From Candidatus Nanopelagicales bacterium (GTDB lineage Bacteria; Actinomycetota; Actinomycetes; S36-B12): a stretch of DNA of 64,000 nt. Where the stretch lies: NCBI GenBank assembly GCA_040398845.1, contig JBBATH010000008.1, forward strand, positions 17,917 to 81,916. Direction: 5' to 3'. This document shows positions 18,381 to 27,006 of the stretch, piece after piece. Made by a program: the position numbers and the translations under genes. Within the stretch, counting starts at the first letter, position 1. Each line of letters begins with the position of its first letter. The notes beneath the pieces were generated by a model. That model did no database searches and was not told where the DNA came from. It saw only the letters and a list, made by a program, of their open reading frames with translations.

Positions 18381-19045
18381 GTCACCTGTGCCGTGTCGTC
18401 GGTGTCCACGGAATGTGGAACCGGCGCAATCTTGAGCCCCATGCTGATGACGAACTCTCGCAGTGCCTTGCTTGACCGGACTGCCCAGGTCCGCGGCCCT
18501 TCGGCGCCGAAAAGCGCCGCCGCGACCTCGGATCCAGTGCTGAAACGTGGCTGGTACAGGAGTCCGGCGAAACCATCACGGAAGAGCGCCTGCGCCCATC
18601 GGCTGGTCAAGCCGTAACCCGTCGCTACCGATAGTTCTCTCGTCGTGCCCATGGCAGCCGCGGACGCATGTGTCGAATCAGCAAGCGGCCTCCTACCGGT
18701 GTGAAGAGTAGCGACGCTGGAGACGAGTACGCCGTCGACCGCGTTGGCCGGGACCCACGTGCGCGCTGCCGAATACCTGCCAACGCGCTCACGCACTGCT
18801 GCCTCGGCCGAGTCGGCCAGATAGCAAGTGCCGTTCGGCATCAGGAGGTCGAACCGTCCGTCGGGGATGACACCACTCGCATGGGAGGTGAACCACCAGC
18901 ATCCCCTATCGCGCCCGGGCCGCTCCGAGTGAGTTCGAAACCATGGCCCTTGCCGTGCTTGTGCACTAGGGAAGCCAGTCAGGTCATCTGGTGGTTCGCC
19001 GAGCGCGAGTCGGTCCCGAGGCCCATGGTCGGAACCCTCGGTCAC
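18371..19045 (-). CDS. RES-domain toxin
   Basis: WFRTH, GRFDL, GTCYLA, AVRE, GLLYQPRFS. GTGA overlap with the upstream antitoxin. Confidence 0.85.
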   Translation of the reverse strand: MTEGSDHGPRDRLALGEPPDDLTGFPSAQARQGPWFRTHSERPGRDRGCWWFTSHASGVIPDGRFDLLMPNGTCYLADSAEAAVRERVGRYSAARTWVPANAVDGVLVSSVATLHTGRRPLADSTHASAAAMGTTRELSVATGYGLTSRWAQALFRDGFAGLLYQPRFSTGSEVAAALFGAEGPRTWAVRSSKALREFVISMGLKIAPVPHSVDTDDTAQVTGR

Positions 19046-19626
19046 CGCGACCACTCGTGAACCCACCGAAACGCTAAAGCGCGAAGATCGCGCTGGTCAC
19101 GGTCAGGATCGCGCATCCACTCGATGGGGGTCAGGTCTTCCAGCTCCGGCGCCAGTGTTCGGAGCAGGGTCGCAAACATCCACGGCTCGTAACCTTCACT
19201 ATTGCGAACGACCTTGAGCATGTCGATGACACCTGCACGCACGATCAGCGCACCCTTCGTGTCTCTCACGAACTGGAAGACGGGGTAGACAAGTTGCCCG
19301 TCGCCGGTCTTCAAGCCCAGCAGGGACCCGACCCGCATCCGCGAATCCAACGCCTGGCGCGACGCCTTGAACTCCTGCTGGAGCTTGGAGCTGGACCAAA
19401 AGGGTTTCAGCAGCTCAACCATCGGGTTGTCCTCAGTGCTGGGCAGCACCAGGTCCACGAAGCGGCCGGCCACCTCCGTCGCGGTCGGAGGCACGATATG
19501 CGACAGGGCAAACTGCTCAGCTGATTGCCTCACGACTTGGCTGAGTAGCTCGAGGGTGTCGTGCACCCAGGCGTCCTCGTCGAACATAGGAGCCACAGCC
19601 TTCGTCGAGTACACAGGCACTGACAC
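19042..19626 (-). CDS. Xre/MbcA-like antitoxin of the RES toxin
   Basis: LLGLKT...VYPVFQF and LEDLTPIEWM motifs; upstream of and coupled to RES. Confidence 0.75.
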   Translation of the reverse strand: MSVPVYSTKAVAPMFDEDAWVHDTLELLSQVVRQSAEQFALSHIVPPTATEVAGRFVDLVLPSTEDNPMVELLKPFWSSSKLQQEFKASRQALDSRMRVGSLLGLKTGDGQLVYPVFQFVRDTKGALIVRAGVIDMLKVVRNSEGYEPWMFATLLRTLAPELEDLTPIEWMRDPDRDQRDLRALAFRWVHEWSR

Positions 19627-19637
19627 AGCAACCTTTC

Positions 19638-19686
19638 GTCAAGTCCAGTCAAGTACTACGGTACCTGCCCGTCAAGCCGTGTCAAG
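19638..19686. promoter_or_regulatory. Four GTCAAG direct repeats upstream of the RES antitoxin
   Basis: GTCAAG at 19638, 19648, 19671 and 19681, forming two pairs with 10-bp period. Confidence 0.5.
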
Positions 19687-19732
19687 CGTCCGCGAGTTTC
19701 GAGGACCTATGGTTGAGCGCCAGATACCCGCG

Positions 19733-19929
19733 TCAGCGACCTGCCACGTCTTGGATGTCGTCGATTCGTTCCGTAGCTGAGCGACTCACAAGGACACCAG
19801 TTCGTGAAGGGCCGTGGCAGCCACGGACGGCGACAAGGCCTCCGAGGCGGCGACATCCACCTTCACCCCAACCATTCGGGAGATTTCGTCAGCAAGGTGG
19901 GCGAGTGGAAGAAGTCCGCGCGCCATCAT
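19733..19929 (-). pseudogene. Relic MNT-HEPN (DUF86) toxin-antitoxin pair
   Basis: 19929-19786 reads ...GLLPLAHLADEISRMVGVKVDVAASEALSPSVAATALHELVSL, like an MNT C-terminal half. A GTGA overlap leads into the stub MSRSATERIDDIQDVAGR*, like a DUF86 N-terminus. Confidence 0.55.
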
Positions 19930-19971
19930 TGCCTGAGTTGTGCCTGCTTCACCTTCAGAATGCACCGGAAG

Positions 19972-21681
19972 CTACCCGCGCCTGAGCTTTCGCTTGGCCT
20001 TGCGCAGCTTCTCAGTGGCACGCCACGTGCGGCTCGACAGGATGGCCGACAGCGCCGCCTCCGACGATGCTGTGCTGCTCACCGTGCTCGTCGCCACGGT
20101 CGGCAGGCCGATCACATGCTGGAAGAAGTCGATGAGCGCGCTCGCGAAGCCATCCCACGTGAGCGAAACGATGGCTCGATGGAGATCGGCCACCCGCCGC
20201 TCCGTCGCCTGCGGGTCGGCGAGCAGGTTCGTGAGGTCGGTCGCGAATTCGTCGATGACCCATCCCCGCGGGAGCCCGTCGAGGTGAGCGATCTCCTTGA
20301 GCGGCCCAAAGTCAGCGAAGGTCGTCGGAGTGCCGAGCGCTGCGGCCTCGTATGGGACGAAGCCGAACCCTTCGGCGCTAGATGGGTACAACACCGCACT
20401 GGCATTGGCGAGGAGCCAAGCGCGACTCGCGCTCGAAATGTGGCCGGCGGTATGGACGGTGCCCCGCAGGTCGACGTGCTTGGCGAGCAGTCGCTCCTCC
20501 TGGGCCTTGGAACTGCTGCTCTTCACGTGAAGACCGGCAAGCACAAGGTCACATGACTGTCCACTCGCCAACACTCGCTGCCACACGGCGATAGCGAAGT
20601 CGCGGTTCTTGTGCTGGAAGTCGTTGCCGAGCACCGCCACGAAGCGTTTGCCGCCGAGCTTCTCGACGATCTCGGCGAGGTCAGCGTCAGGCTGCTCAGG
20701 CGCACTCGCGGCCGCGATGTGATCGAGGCCGAGCGGGATGGGCTGCACGCGGTCGGAGTCCAGGCGCGGCACCTCGGTGCGCAGTCGCGCGGCGACGTCG
20801 GGACTGATTGTCGCAACGCCGTCAACCGAGAGAGCAATTTTGCGCTGAAGACCTCGGTAGGCCGCCCAGGCCTCGGGGGAGCCGTGGTAGCGAGGGATGT
20901 CGTACGCGATGAGGTCGAGGTAGGTGGTGACGATACGCCGGCCAAGGCTGCGCGCCTCGGAGATGTTGCTCCGGCCATCGATCTGATTCGGGTACCACAC
21001 GACGTCGGCCTGCTCGGGAGGTCGCTCAGCGGTATGGACTGCCACCTTTGGGTGCTTGACGAGGTGCTCGGCGTATGCGGGCAACTCGGGCAGGCCGACC
21101 AGGGTGATGACATCGATGCGGTCATCGTCAGCCATCGCGCGCACTGCCGCCGTCGTGAGCACCTGAGCCCCGGTCTCGTACGGCCCGAGCCACGTGACGT
21201 CGACCGTCACCGAGAGATTGCGAGCCTTCAGCGGCTGGGTGTGAGCCGTTGCGTAGTGCGAACTGCTCGGGTCGTCGGCTTCGACCTCGTCCATCGCTGC
21301 GGCTCCTGCGATCGCTCGAGCTCTCGCCACGTCACGATTCGCGGTGAGCCACCAGTCGTGCCAAAGCCCGCGCTCTGAGGCCTTCGCCGTCCAAAGGAGC
21401 AGATCTTCGACATCGCTGGCCTGCTCCGGCAACAGACCGACAAGATCCTCTGCATCCCGGGCCACGGCTATGAGGGGGCCAGCGGGCGCCGTCGCACGAA
21501 GCCACGTGTCGGTTACCTGGTCGTTTGGGTGGAGCGAAAGGGTGACGATCCGGGGATCACTATCGATCCGGCGACCGAATTCCGACATTCGGTCCATGGT
21601 GAGGAGCGCCGGGTCGCCGAACACGACGAGCACCCGACCCCTCGGCGATTTGAACGACTCGGTGGCGCCCTGTTGGCTCAT
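19972..21681 (-). CDS. GT4 glycosyltransferase
   Basis: HKNR and YPSSAEGFGFVPYEAA. Confidence 0.9.
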   Translation of the reverse strand: MSQQGATESFKSPRGRVLVVFGDPALLTMDRMSEFGRRIDSDPRIVTLSLHPNDQVTDTWLRATAPAGPLIAVARDAEDLVGLLPEQASDVEDLLLWTAKASERGLWHDWWLTANRDVARARAIAGAAAMDEVEADDPSSSHYATAHTQPLKARNLSVTVDVTWLGPYETGAQVLTTAAVRAMADDDRIDVITLVGLPELPAYAEHLVKHPKVAVHTAERPPEQADVVWYPNQIDGRSNISEARSLGRRIVTTYLDLIAYDIPRYHGSPEAWAAYRGLQRKIALSVDGVATISPDVAARLRTEVPRLDSDRVQPIPLGLDHIAAASAPEQPDADLAEIVEKLGGKRFVAVLGNDFQHKNRDFAIAVWQRVLASGQSCDLVLAGLHVKSSSSKAQEERLLAKHVDLRGTVHTAGHISSASRAWLLANASAVLYPSSAEGFGFVPYEAAALGTPTTFADFGPLKEIAHLDGLPRGWVIDEFATDLTNLLADPQATERRVADLHRAIVSLTWDGFASALIDFFQHVIGLPTVATSTVSSTASSEAALSAILSSRTWRATEKLRKAKRKLRRG

Positions 21682-21708
21682 GCGATTTCCTGCCTGCTTC
21701 GTTCGCTG

Positions 21709-23448
21709 CTAGTTCGGTTCATAGATGCGTGCCAGTTGCTCGTTCAGCGCTGGCGAGTAGTACGGGTCGGGGGTCGCGCCCGCCCATCGCCTGCCAAACA
21801 GATCGTGCTCCGCGGGGTCGGGTTTCTTTCGGACGATGGACGCGCCCTCATGATGGGTGAGGTGGGCGTACGGAGTCCACGCAACGCGGTACCCGGCGGC
21901 GCGTGCCCGCAGGCAGAAGTCGACATCGTTGAAATCCTTGGCGAAGGCCGTGTCGAACCCGCCAAGCTCATCAACAATCGACGTGCGGACGAGCATCGCG
22001 GCCGCGGTCACCGCCGAGTAGTTGCGCGGCGTGAGGATCGAGCCGAAGTAGCCGTACTCCTTGCCCGGTTTGCCAATCCATGCATGGGTCGGGCCGCTCG
22101 GCAGCATGACCATGCCGACATGTTGGAGCTTGCCGTCGGGGTAGGTGAGCAGGCAACCGGTGATGGCCACGCCAGGGATTTGGCCAATTTCGAGCATGCG
22201 GGTGACAGGGTCGCGAAGCGCGACCGTGGTGTCGTCATTGAGGAGGAGCAGGTAGTCGCCGGTCGCCGCGGTTCGGCCGAGGTTGATCGCCTCCGCGAAG
22301 TTGAAGTCATCGGTCTCGTACACGATCTGGGTCACCTCGTGCATGCCAGCGCGCTCAATGATCACCTCGTCGATGACCCCGGTGGTGACGATGATGATCT
22401 GCAGGCGCGTTCGCCGCTCACCGTCGATGAGTGATGCGACGCAGTCATCGATGAAGCGCCGGTCACCTCGCTCATTCGGCGTGCCGATCGTCGGGATGAT
22501 GACCGAGACGAGGTGTTCACCCTTGACACGCGGGTGCACCTCATTGAGCCCACGCACCCGACTGGGCTCAACCGTGCCGCCGTCAAAGGTGCGATCGAGG
22601 TGCTCCTGCTGGGCACGGGCGGCTGACTGCTGCGCCCACGGCTTCGCCTCGATCGTGAGCGCGGTCGACTCGGCCCAGGCTCGCCAGTGGTAGAGCGGCA
22701 GCGGGATATGGACCACCTTGGTGAGGAGTGGCATGAGTCGCAGGGCTAGGTCGAAATCCTGAGCCCCGTCCATCGCCGAGCGCAACCCGCCGACCTCGTT
22801 CACGAGTCTGCGCTTGAAGATCGTGAAGTGGCACAGGTACATCTGGGTGAGGAGCAACTCCGGTGAGTAGTCGGGCTTGCAGTAGAGGTCGAAGTGCTCA
22901 CCGCGCGGATTGATCTTGTCCTCGTCGGAATAGATGGCGTCGGGTTCATCGCCCTCATCAAGCCGCTGGCTGAAGATCTCGATGCACCGCGGGTCGAGAG
23001 CATCGTCATGGTCAAGCATCGCGACATAGTGGCCGGTTGCACTTCGGAGCGCATGATTGAGGGCCGACGAGATCCCGCCGTTCTCCTGATGGATGACACG
23101 GACGCGGGGGTCGCCGGCGTGCAGGGCGGCGAACTGCGCGAGGAACTCCCCAACCTCAGGCTTGGTGCTTCCGTCATTCGCCACGACGAGCTCCCAGTTG
23201 CGGGCCTGCTGGCGGATCACCGAGTTCAGGCACTCGTCAAGGAAGTTGATCGGCGGGTTGTAGACGGGCACGAGAATCGAGATGGTGACATCGTGGTCGG
23301 TCGTGCCGGCGGCAATCTCGGGGGCGAGGGCGAGCCAAGCCTTGTAGTGCTTGCCGATATTTCGTTCCCAGAGCTTGCGCTTGGCCCAGCGCTTCACTCG
23401 ACCGGCACGCCGCTTCGCCTTGATGATCGGGTTCTTCTCCGTGAGCAT
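21709..23448 (-). CDS. Dual-domain GT2 glycosyltransferase
   Basis: SILVPVYN, NDGS, LDHDD, GAQDFDL; second domain SVIIPT, LLNDD, NDVDFCLR. Confidence 0.92.
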   Translation of the reverse strand: MLTEKNPIIKAKRRAGRVKRWAKRKLWERNIGKHYKAWLALAPEIAAGTTDHDVTISILVPVYNPPINFLDECLNSVIRQQARNWELVVANDGSTKPEVGEFLAQFAALHAGDPRVRVIHQENGGISSALNHALRSATGHYVAMLDHDDALDPRCIEIFSQRLDEGDEPDAIYSDEDKINPRGEHFDLYCKPDYSPELLLTQMYLCHFTIFKRRLVNEVGGLRSAMDGAQDFDLALRLMPLLTKVVHIPLPLYHWRAWAESTALTIEAKPWAQQSAARAQQEHLDRTFDGGTVEPSRVRGLNEVHPRVKGEHLVSVIIPTIGTPNERGDRRFIDDCVASLIDGERRTRLQIIIVTTGVIDEVIIERAGMHEVTQIVYETDDFNFAEAINLGRTAATGDYLLLLNDDTTVALRDPVTRMLEIGQIPGVAITGCLLTYPDGKLQHVGMVMLPSGPTHAWIGKPGKEYGYFGSILTPRNYSAVTAAAMLVRTSIVDELGGFDTAFAKDFNDVDFCLRARAAGYRVAWTPYAHLTHHEGASIVRKKPDPAEHDLFGRRWAGATPDPYYSPALNEQLARIYEPN

Positions 23449-23456
23449 CGCAGCCC

Positions 23457-24692
23457 CTAGGTAAGTCGGAACTCGACGGGGAGCTGCACAAAGCCTTGGC
23501 CGATCTCGCCGCTCTGGCTGCGCACCGGGAACTCGACGGCGTCATTCCAGGAGTCGAGCAGTTTCGAACCGCTGAAGTCGAAGACGTCGACATGCACCCG
23601 GTAGCGGCCGGGCAGGAGCGGGTTGTCGGTGAGCGCGACCGTGATCGTCCGGTCCCCCTCGAGTGTCCCGAAGTCTGTGCCGACCCGGTGATTGCTCACC
23701 ATCGTGACGAGGGGGCCGGATTCATGCTGGAGGGCAATGCGTACGTTCGGCCCGAGCACGGGCTCGCGCGCCGTGATCTCAAGGCTGATCTGGAAGGTCG
23801 CGCCGGTCTCGGCGTGACCGATGGGCTGGCCGTCAAGGTCGACGATCTTTGCGCTGCGCACGCGGATGCTCTGGTCGCCAGCCCGCGGGTCGCCGTCATC
23901 ACCGCGCACCGCCTCGATCTGCGGATTGCGCGCTGCCTCGTCCGAATTGACCCGCTTGAGATACGCCGCGATCGTCTCGGTCGGCGGCCCGGCCGTCTGG
24001 ACCTCACCGTGCTCGAGCCAGGCGATCTCATCGCACAGCGCCTCAAGCTGACCGAGGCCATGGCTCACGACGATGATGGTGCGGCCCGACCTGCGCAAGG
24101 CATACAGGTGGTCGAAGCACTTGCGCTGGAACTCCTCGTCGCCCACCGCGAGCACCTCATCGACCACCAGCACGTCGGGTTTCATATGCACCGCAACGGA
24201 AAAACCGAGGCGGACATACATGCCACTCGAGTAATGCTTGACCGGGTCATTGATGAAATCGCCGAGACCACTGAACTCGATGATCTCCTCGGTGACCGCC
24301 TGGATGTCCTTGCGCGGCAGGCCGAGGATCGAGCCGTTGAGGTTGATGTTCTCGCGGCCGGTCATATCGGGGTGGAAGCCGGCGCCGAGTTCGATGAGCG
24401 CGGCGACTCGTCCGTCGGTCGTGATCGACCCCTCGGTCGGGCGGTAGATGCCGCCGATCATCTTCAGGAGGGTCGACTTGCCGGAACCGTTGTGGCCGAT
24501 GAGTCCGTAGACGCTCCCCTTGGGGATCTGGAGCGTGACGTCGCGAACGGCCCAGAAATCCTCCGGCTTGCGGGCGCGTCCGCGAACGAGCCGCTCCTTA
24601 ATGCTGTTGCGCCGATCGGTGTGACGTTTGAAGCGCTTGCCCACCTGCTGAATATCGACTGCAAGGCTCGTGCCGGCCGGCTGGATCGTCAC
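23457..24692 (-). CDS. wzt: Polysaccharide ABC transporter ATPase with C-terminal carbohydrate-binding (Wzt_C) domain
   Basis: GHNGSGKST, YSSGMYVRLGFS, VVDEVLAVGD and a ~150-aa beta-rich tail. GTG 24692 overlaps the wzm stop. Confidence 0.93.
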   Translation of the reverse strand: MTIQPAGTSLAVDIQQVGKRFKRHTDRRNSIKERLVRGRARKPEDFWAVRDVTLQIPKGSVYGLIGHNGSGKSTLLKMIGGIYRPTEGSITTDGRVAALIELGAGFHPDMTGRENINLNGSILGLPRKDIQAVTEEIIEFSGLGDFINDPVKHYSSGMYVRLGFSVAVHMKPDVLVVDEVLAVGDEEFQRKCFDHLYALRRSGRTIIVVSHGLGQLEALCDEIAWLEHGEVQTAGPPTETIAAYLKRVNSDEAARNPQIEAVRGDDGDPRAGDQSIRVRSAKIVDLDGQPIGHAETGATFQISLEITAREPVLGPNVRIALQHESGPLVTMVSNHRVGTDFGTLEGDRTITVALTDNPLLPGRYRVHVDVFDFSGSKLLDSWNDAVEFPVRSQSGEIGQGFVQLPVEFRLT

Positions 24693-25486
24693 AGGAGCTC
24701 CCCGATGTCTTCGCTCCAGCGATTGAAGATAGAGAATCCCGCCCAGAAGGTCAGGAAGCCGCCGACGAGCAGGCCGATGACGACGAGCGCTGGTGGTGCG
24801 ACGAGCGAGTACATCGCATCGTGCATACCCTCGACGTACCACGAAACTGGGTTGAGTTTCACGACCCACGTGAGTAGTTCGTTGTGGCCGTCGACCATGC
24901 TGATCGGGTAGAGCACCGGGGTGAGGAAGTACAGGGCGCCGAGTGCCACCGCGACGATGTACATGACGTCGCCGAAACGCGCGTTGATGATCGACAGGAT
25001 CAGGCCGACCCCCTGGGCGAACAGAGCCATGCCGACGAGGATCGGTAGCGCGAGGATCCAGGTCCAACTGATATTGCGCAGGTACAGGAACATGATGACG
25101 AGCACCCCGAGTTCAAGCAGCACCTGAATCATTTGAACGATCGAGGCTCCGAGCACCGGGGCCCACGCCGGGAACTGCACCTTCTTCAAGAGCTCACCGC
25201 TGCTCTTCAACTGGGTCATCGACAAGGTGAGCAGGCCCGAGAACAGGTTCCAGGTAACGAGGCCAGTGAACAAGAACGCGGCGTAGGAGCTGCCCTCACC
25301 GTTGCCGAGCTCCGGGGCCTTGATGCGGAAGACGAGGCTGAAGACCGCCGCAAAGATGATGAGGGTCGCAAGAGGCTGGATGAGTGACCACGACCAGCCC
25401 AGAATGCTCGATCTGTAGCGGGTCGCGAAGTCACGATTCGCGAAGGCAAAAATGAGAGCTCGACGGGTGTAGAGATCGGTCAGCAC
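24689..25486 (-). CDS. wzm: Polysaccharide ABC transporter permease
   Basis: RYRSSILGWSWSLIQPL, FLTPVLYP, LNPV; about 6 TM segments. Confidence 0.93.
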   Translation of the reverse strand: MLTDLYTRRALIFAFANRDFATRYRSSILGWSWSLIQPLATLIIFAAVFSLVFRIKAPELGNGEGSSYAAFLFTGLVTWNLFSGLLTLSMTQLKSSGELLKKVQFPAWAPVLGASIVQMIQVLLELGVLVIMFLYLRNISWTWILALPILVGMALFAQGVGLILSIINARFGDVMYIVAVALGALYFLTPVLYPISMVDGHNELLTWVVKLNPVSWYVEGMHDAMYSLVAPPALVVIGLLVGGFLTFWAGFSIFNRWSEDIGELL

Positions 25487-25605
25487 GATTGCCCGCCTCT
25501 CTCCGTCATAACAACCGTGATCCTAACGTGCCACCACGAGCGCACCTTGCCTTCAAACGCCGCCATTCCTCGGTATTGTCGGCGTCAGTCCTGAAGGAGG
25601 CTCAC

Positions 25606-26865
25606 ATGACCGTGCTCACGTCACGCCGATCCCATCGCCCCGCCCGTGCGGTACTCGTTACCGCCCTCGCCATCGGCACTAGCGCTGGCGTAGCCCTCGC
25701 AGGCTTGGGCGCAGCGCCCGTGGCCACTGCCGCGGCAGCCGGTTACGTCGCGGCCCCAAATGGCATGGTGGGTGTTAGCCAGACGGTCGTCGTCTCCGCC
25801 CCCAAACTGCAGGGCCAAGTCGTCACGATCGGATTCACCTCGGGCGCCAACTCTTTCACGCAGCAGACAACCCTCGGCACGACCGGCATCGGTTCAGTCA
25901 ACTGGACTCCCACCACGCCCGGCAGTTGGACGATCGCTGGCCTCGGCAACGCAGTATCGGCGGGATCGACCACCACAAGTGTCGCCGCCATGCCGACCGA
26001 GACCACCCTCATCGCCCCGAACAACGTGCAACGCCGGGTCGCCGGCACCCTCAATGTCATCGTGAGCGCAACCCTCGGCACCATCCCGCCAGCAGGCACC
26101 GTCTCAATATCCTCCGCCTTCGGGTCACCAGTCGGTACCGCCGCCCTCGCGCCGATGCCGGGCACCACCAGCGCCCTGGCCCAGGTGAGCTGGACCCCCG
26201 AGCCCGTCGGCCCCTTTCCACTCATCGCTACCTACGTGCCCGCATCCGGCGCCTACACCGCCTCGACGAGCGGCACCGCCCAGCCAAACGTCGTCGGGGA
26301 CAACCCGACCGTCTCGCTTCAATTCGCACCGGTCCTTCGACTTGGTCAGCCCACCCTGCTCACCGCCGTTCTCGGGGTCGGCGTGCCCGACGGCAGCGCC
26401 GCCTTCATCGTCGATACGACAACGATTGGTGGTTCCGTGCCGACGACCAACGGCATCGCCTACCAGCACTGGACGCCGGGCAAACTCGGGACGCAGCTGA
26501 TCACCGTGCAGTTCTCAACCGGAGCCCCGAAGAACGTGAGCGGCACATCCAGTCAGTCCGTGAGCGTCCAGCCGGCGCTGCCGCTCGACACGGTGGTTGT
26601 CGACCCGGTCGGACAGGCCCCATGGGCGGTCGGATCAGCCATCGTCATGAAGGCCGGCACGAACGTGACGCTAGCCGCGACAGCAGCATCGGGAGCAACC
26701 GTCCTCTTCTCCGAGACCGGACCCTGCATCATCAGCGGAGCCGTACTCAAGGCACTTGGTGCCGGACAATGCCAGGTGACGGTTGTTTCGCCCGGCAACG
26801 CGGCGTACGACAACTCCTCAGCTACGTACACCATCACGGTCACCGCGCCACCCAAGAAGGGTTGA
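25606..26865 (+). CDS. Secreted Thr/Ser-rich Ig-like repeat surface protein
   Basis: RBS GAAGGAGG, signal peptide ending AAAA, repeated WTP motifs and a C-terminal Cys pair. Confidence 0.75.
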   Translation: MTVLTSRRSHRPARAVLVTALAIGTSAGVALAGLGAAPVATAAAAGYVAAPNGMVGVSQTVVVSAPKLQGQVVTIGFTSGANSFTQQTTLGTTGIGSVNWTPTTPGSWTIAGLGNAVSAGSTTTSVAAMPTETTLIAPNNVQRRVAGTLNVIVSATLGTIPPAGTVSISSAFGSPVGTAALAPMPGTTSALAQVSWTPEPVGPFPLIATYVPASGAYTASTSGTAQPNVVGDNPTVSLQFAPVLRLGQPTLLTAVLGVGVPDGSAAFIVDTTTIGGSVPTTNGIAYQHWTPGKLGTQLITVQFSTGAPKNVSGTSSQSVSVQPALPLDTVVVDPVGQAPWAVGSAIVMKAGTNVTLAATAASGATVLFSETGPCIISGAVLKALGAGQCQVTVVSPGNAAYDNSSATYTITVTAPPKKG

Positions 26866-27006
26866 TCTCCGCAGGGTGACTACGCCCTTACGTTGGCAGG
26901 CTGCTGAGTGTGCATCCCATGTAGCCCCTTGTCCGATAAATCGTGAATGCTGCCTGGGGTGGGTGCGGTAAGAGCAAACCTCAGCAGACCTGGCGAGGAG
27001 GACGTC

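Noticed and set aside
1-19960. Integron or prophage explanation for the TA cluster
   Set aside because: No integrase, attC-like repeats or phage genes are visible in the window, although an element beyond the left edge cannot be excluded.
23496-24911. 471-aa plus-strand ORF and similar long antisense ORFs (e.g. 10365-11342, 47269-48609, 51206-52111)
   Set aside because: Antisense shadows of well-supported genes, expected at high GC.
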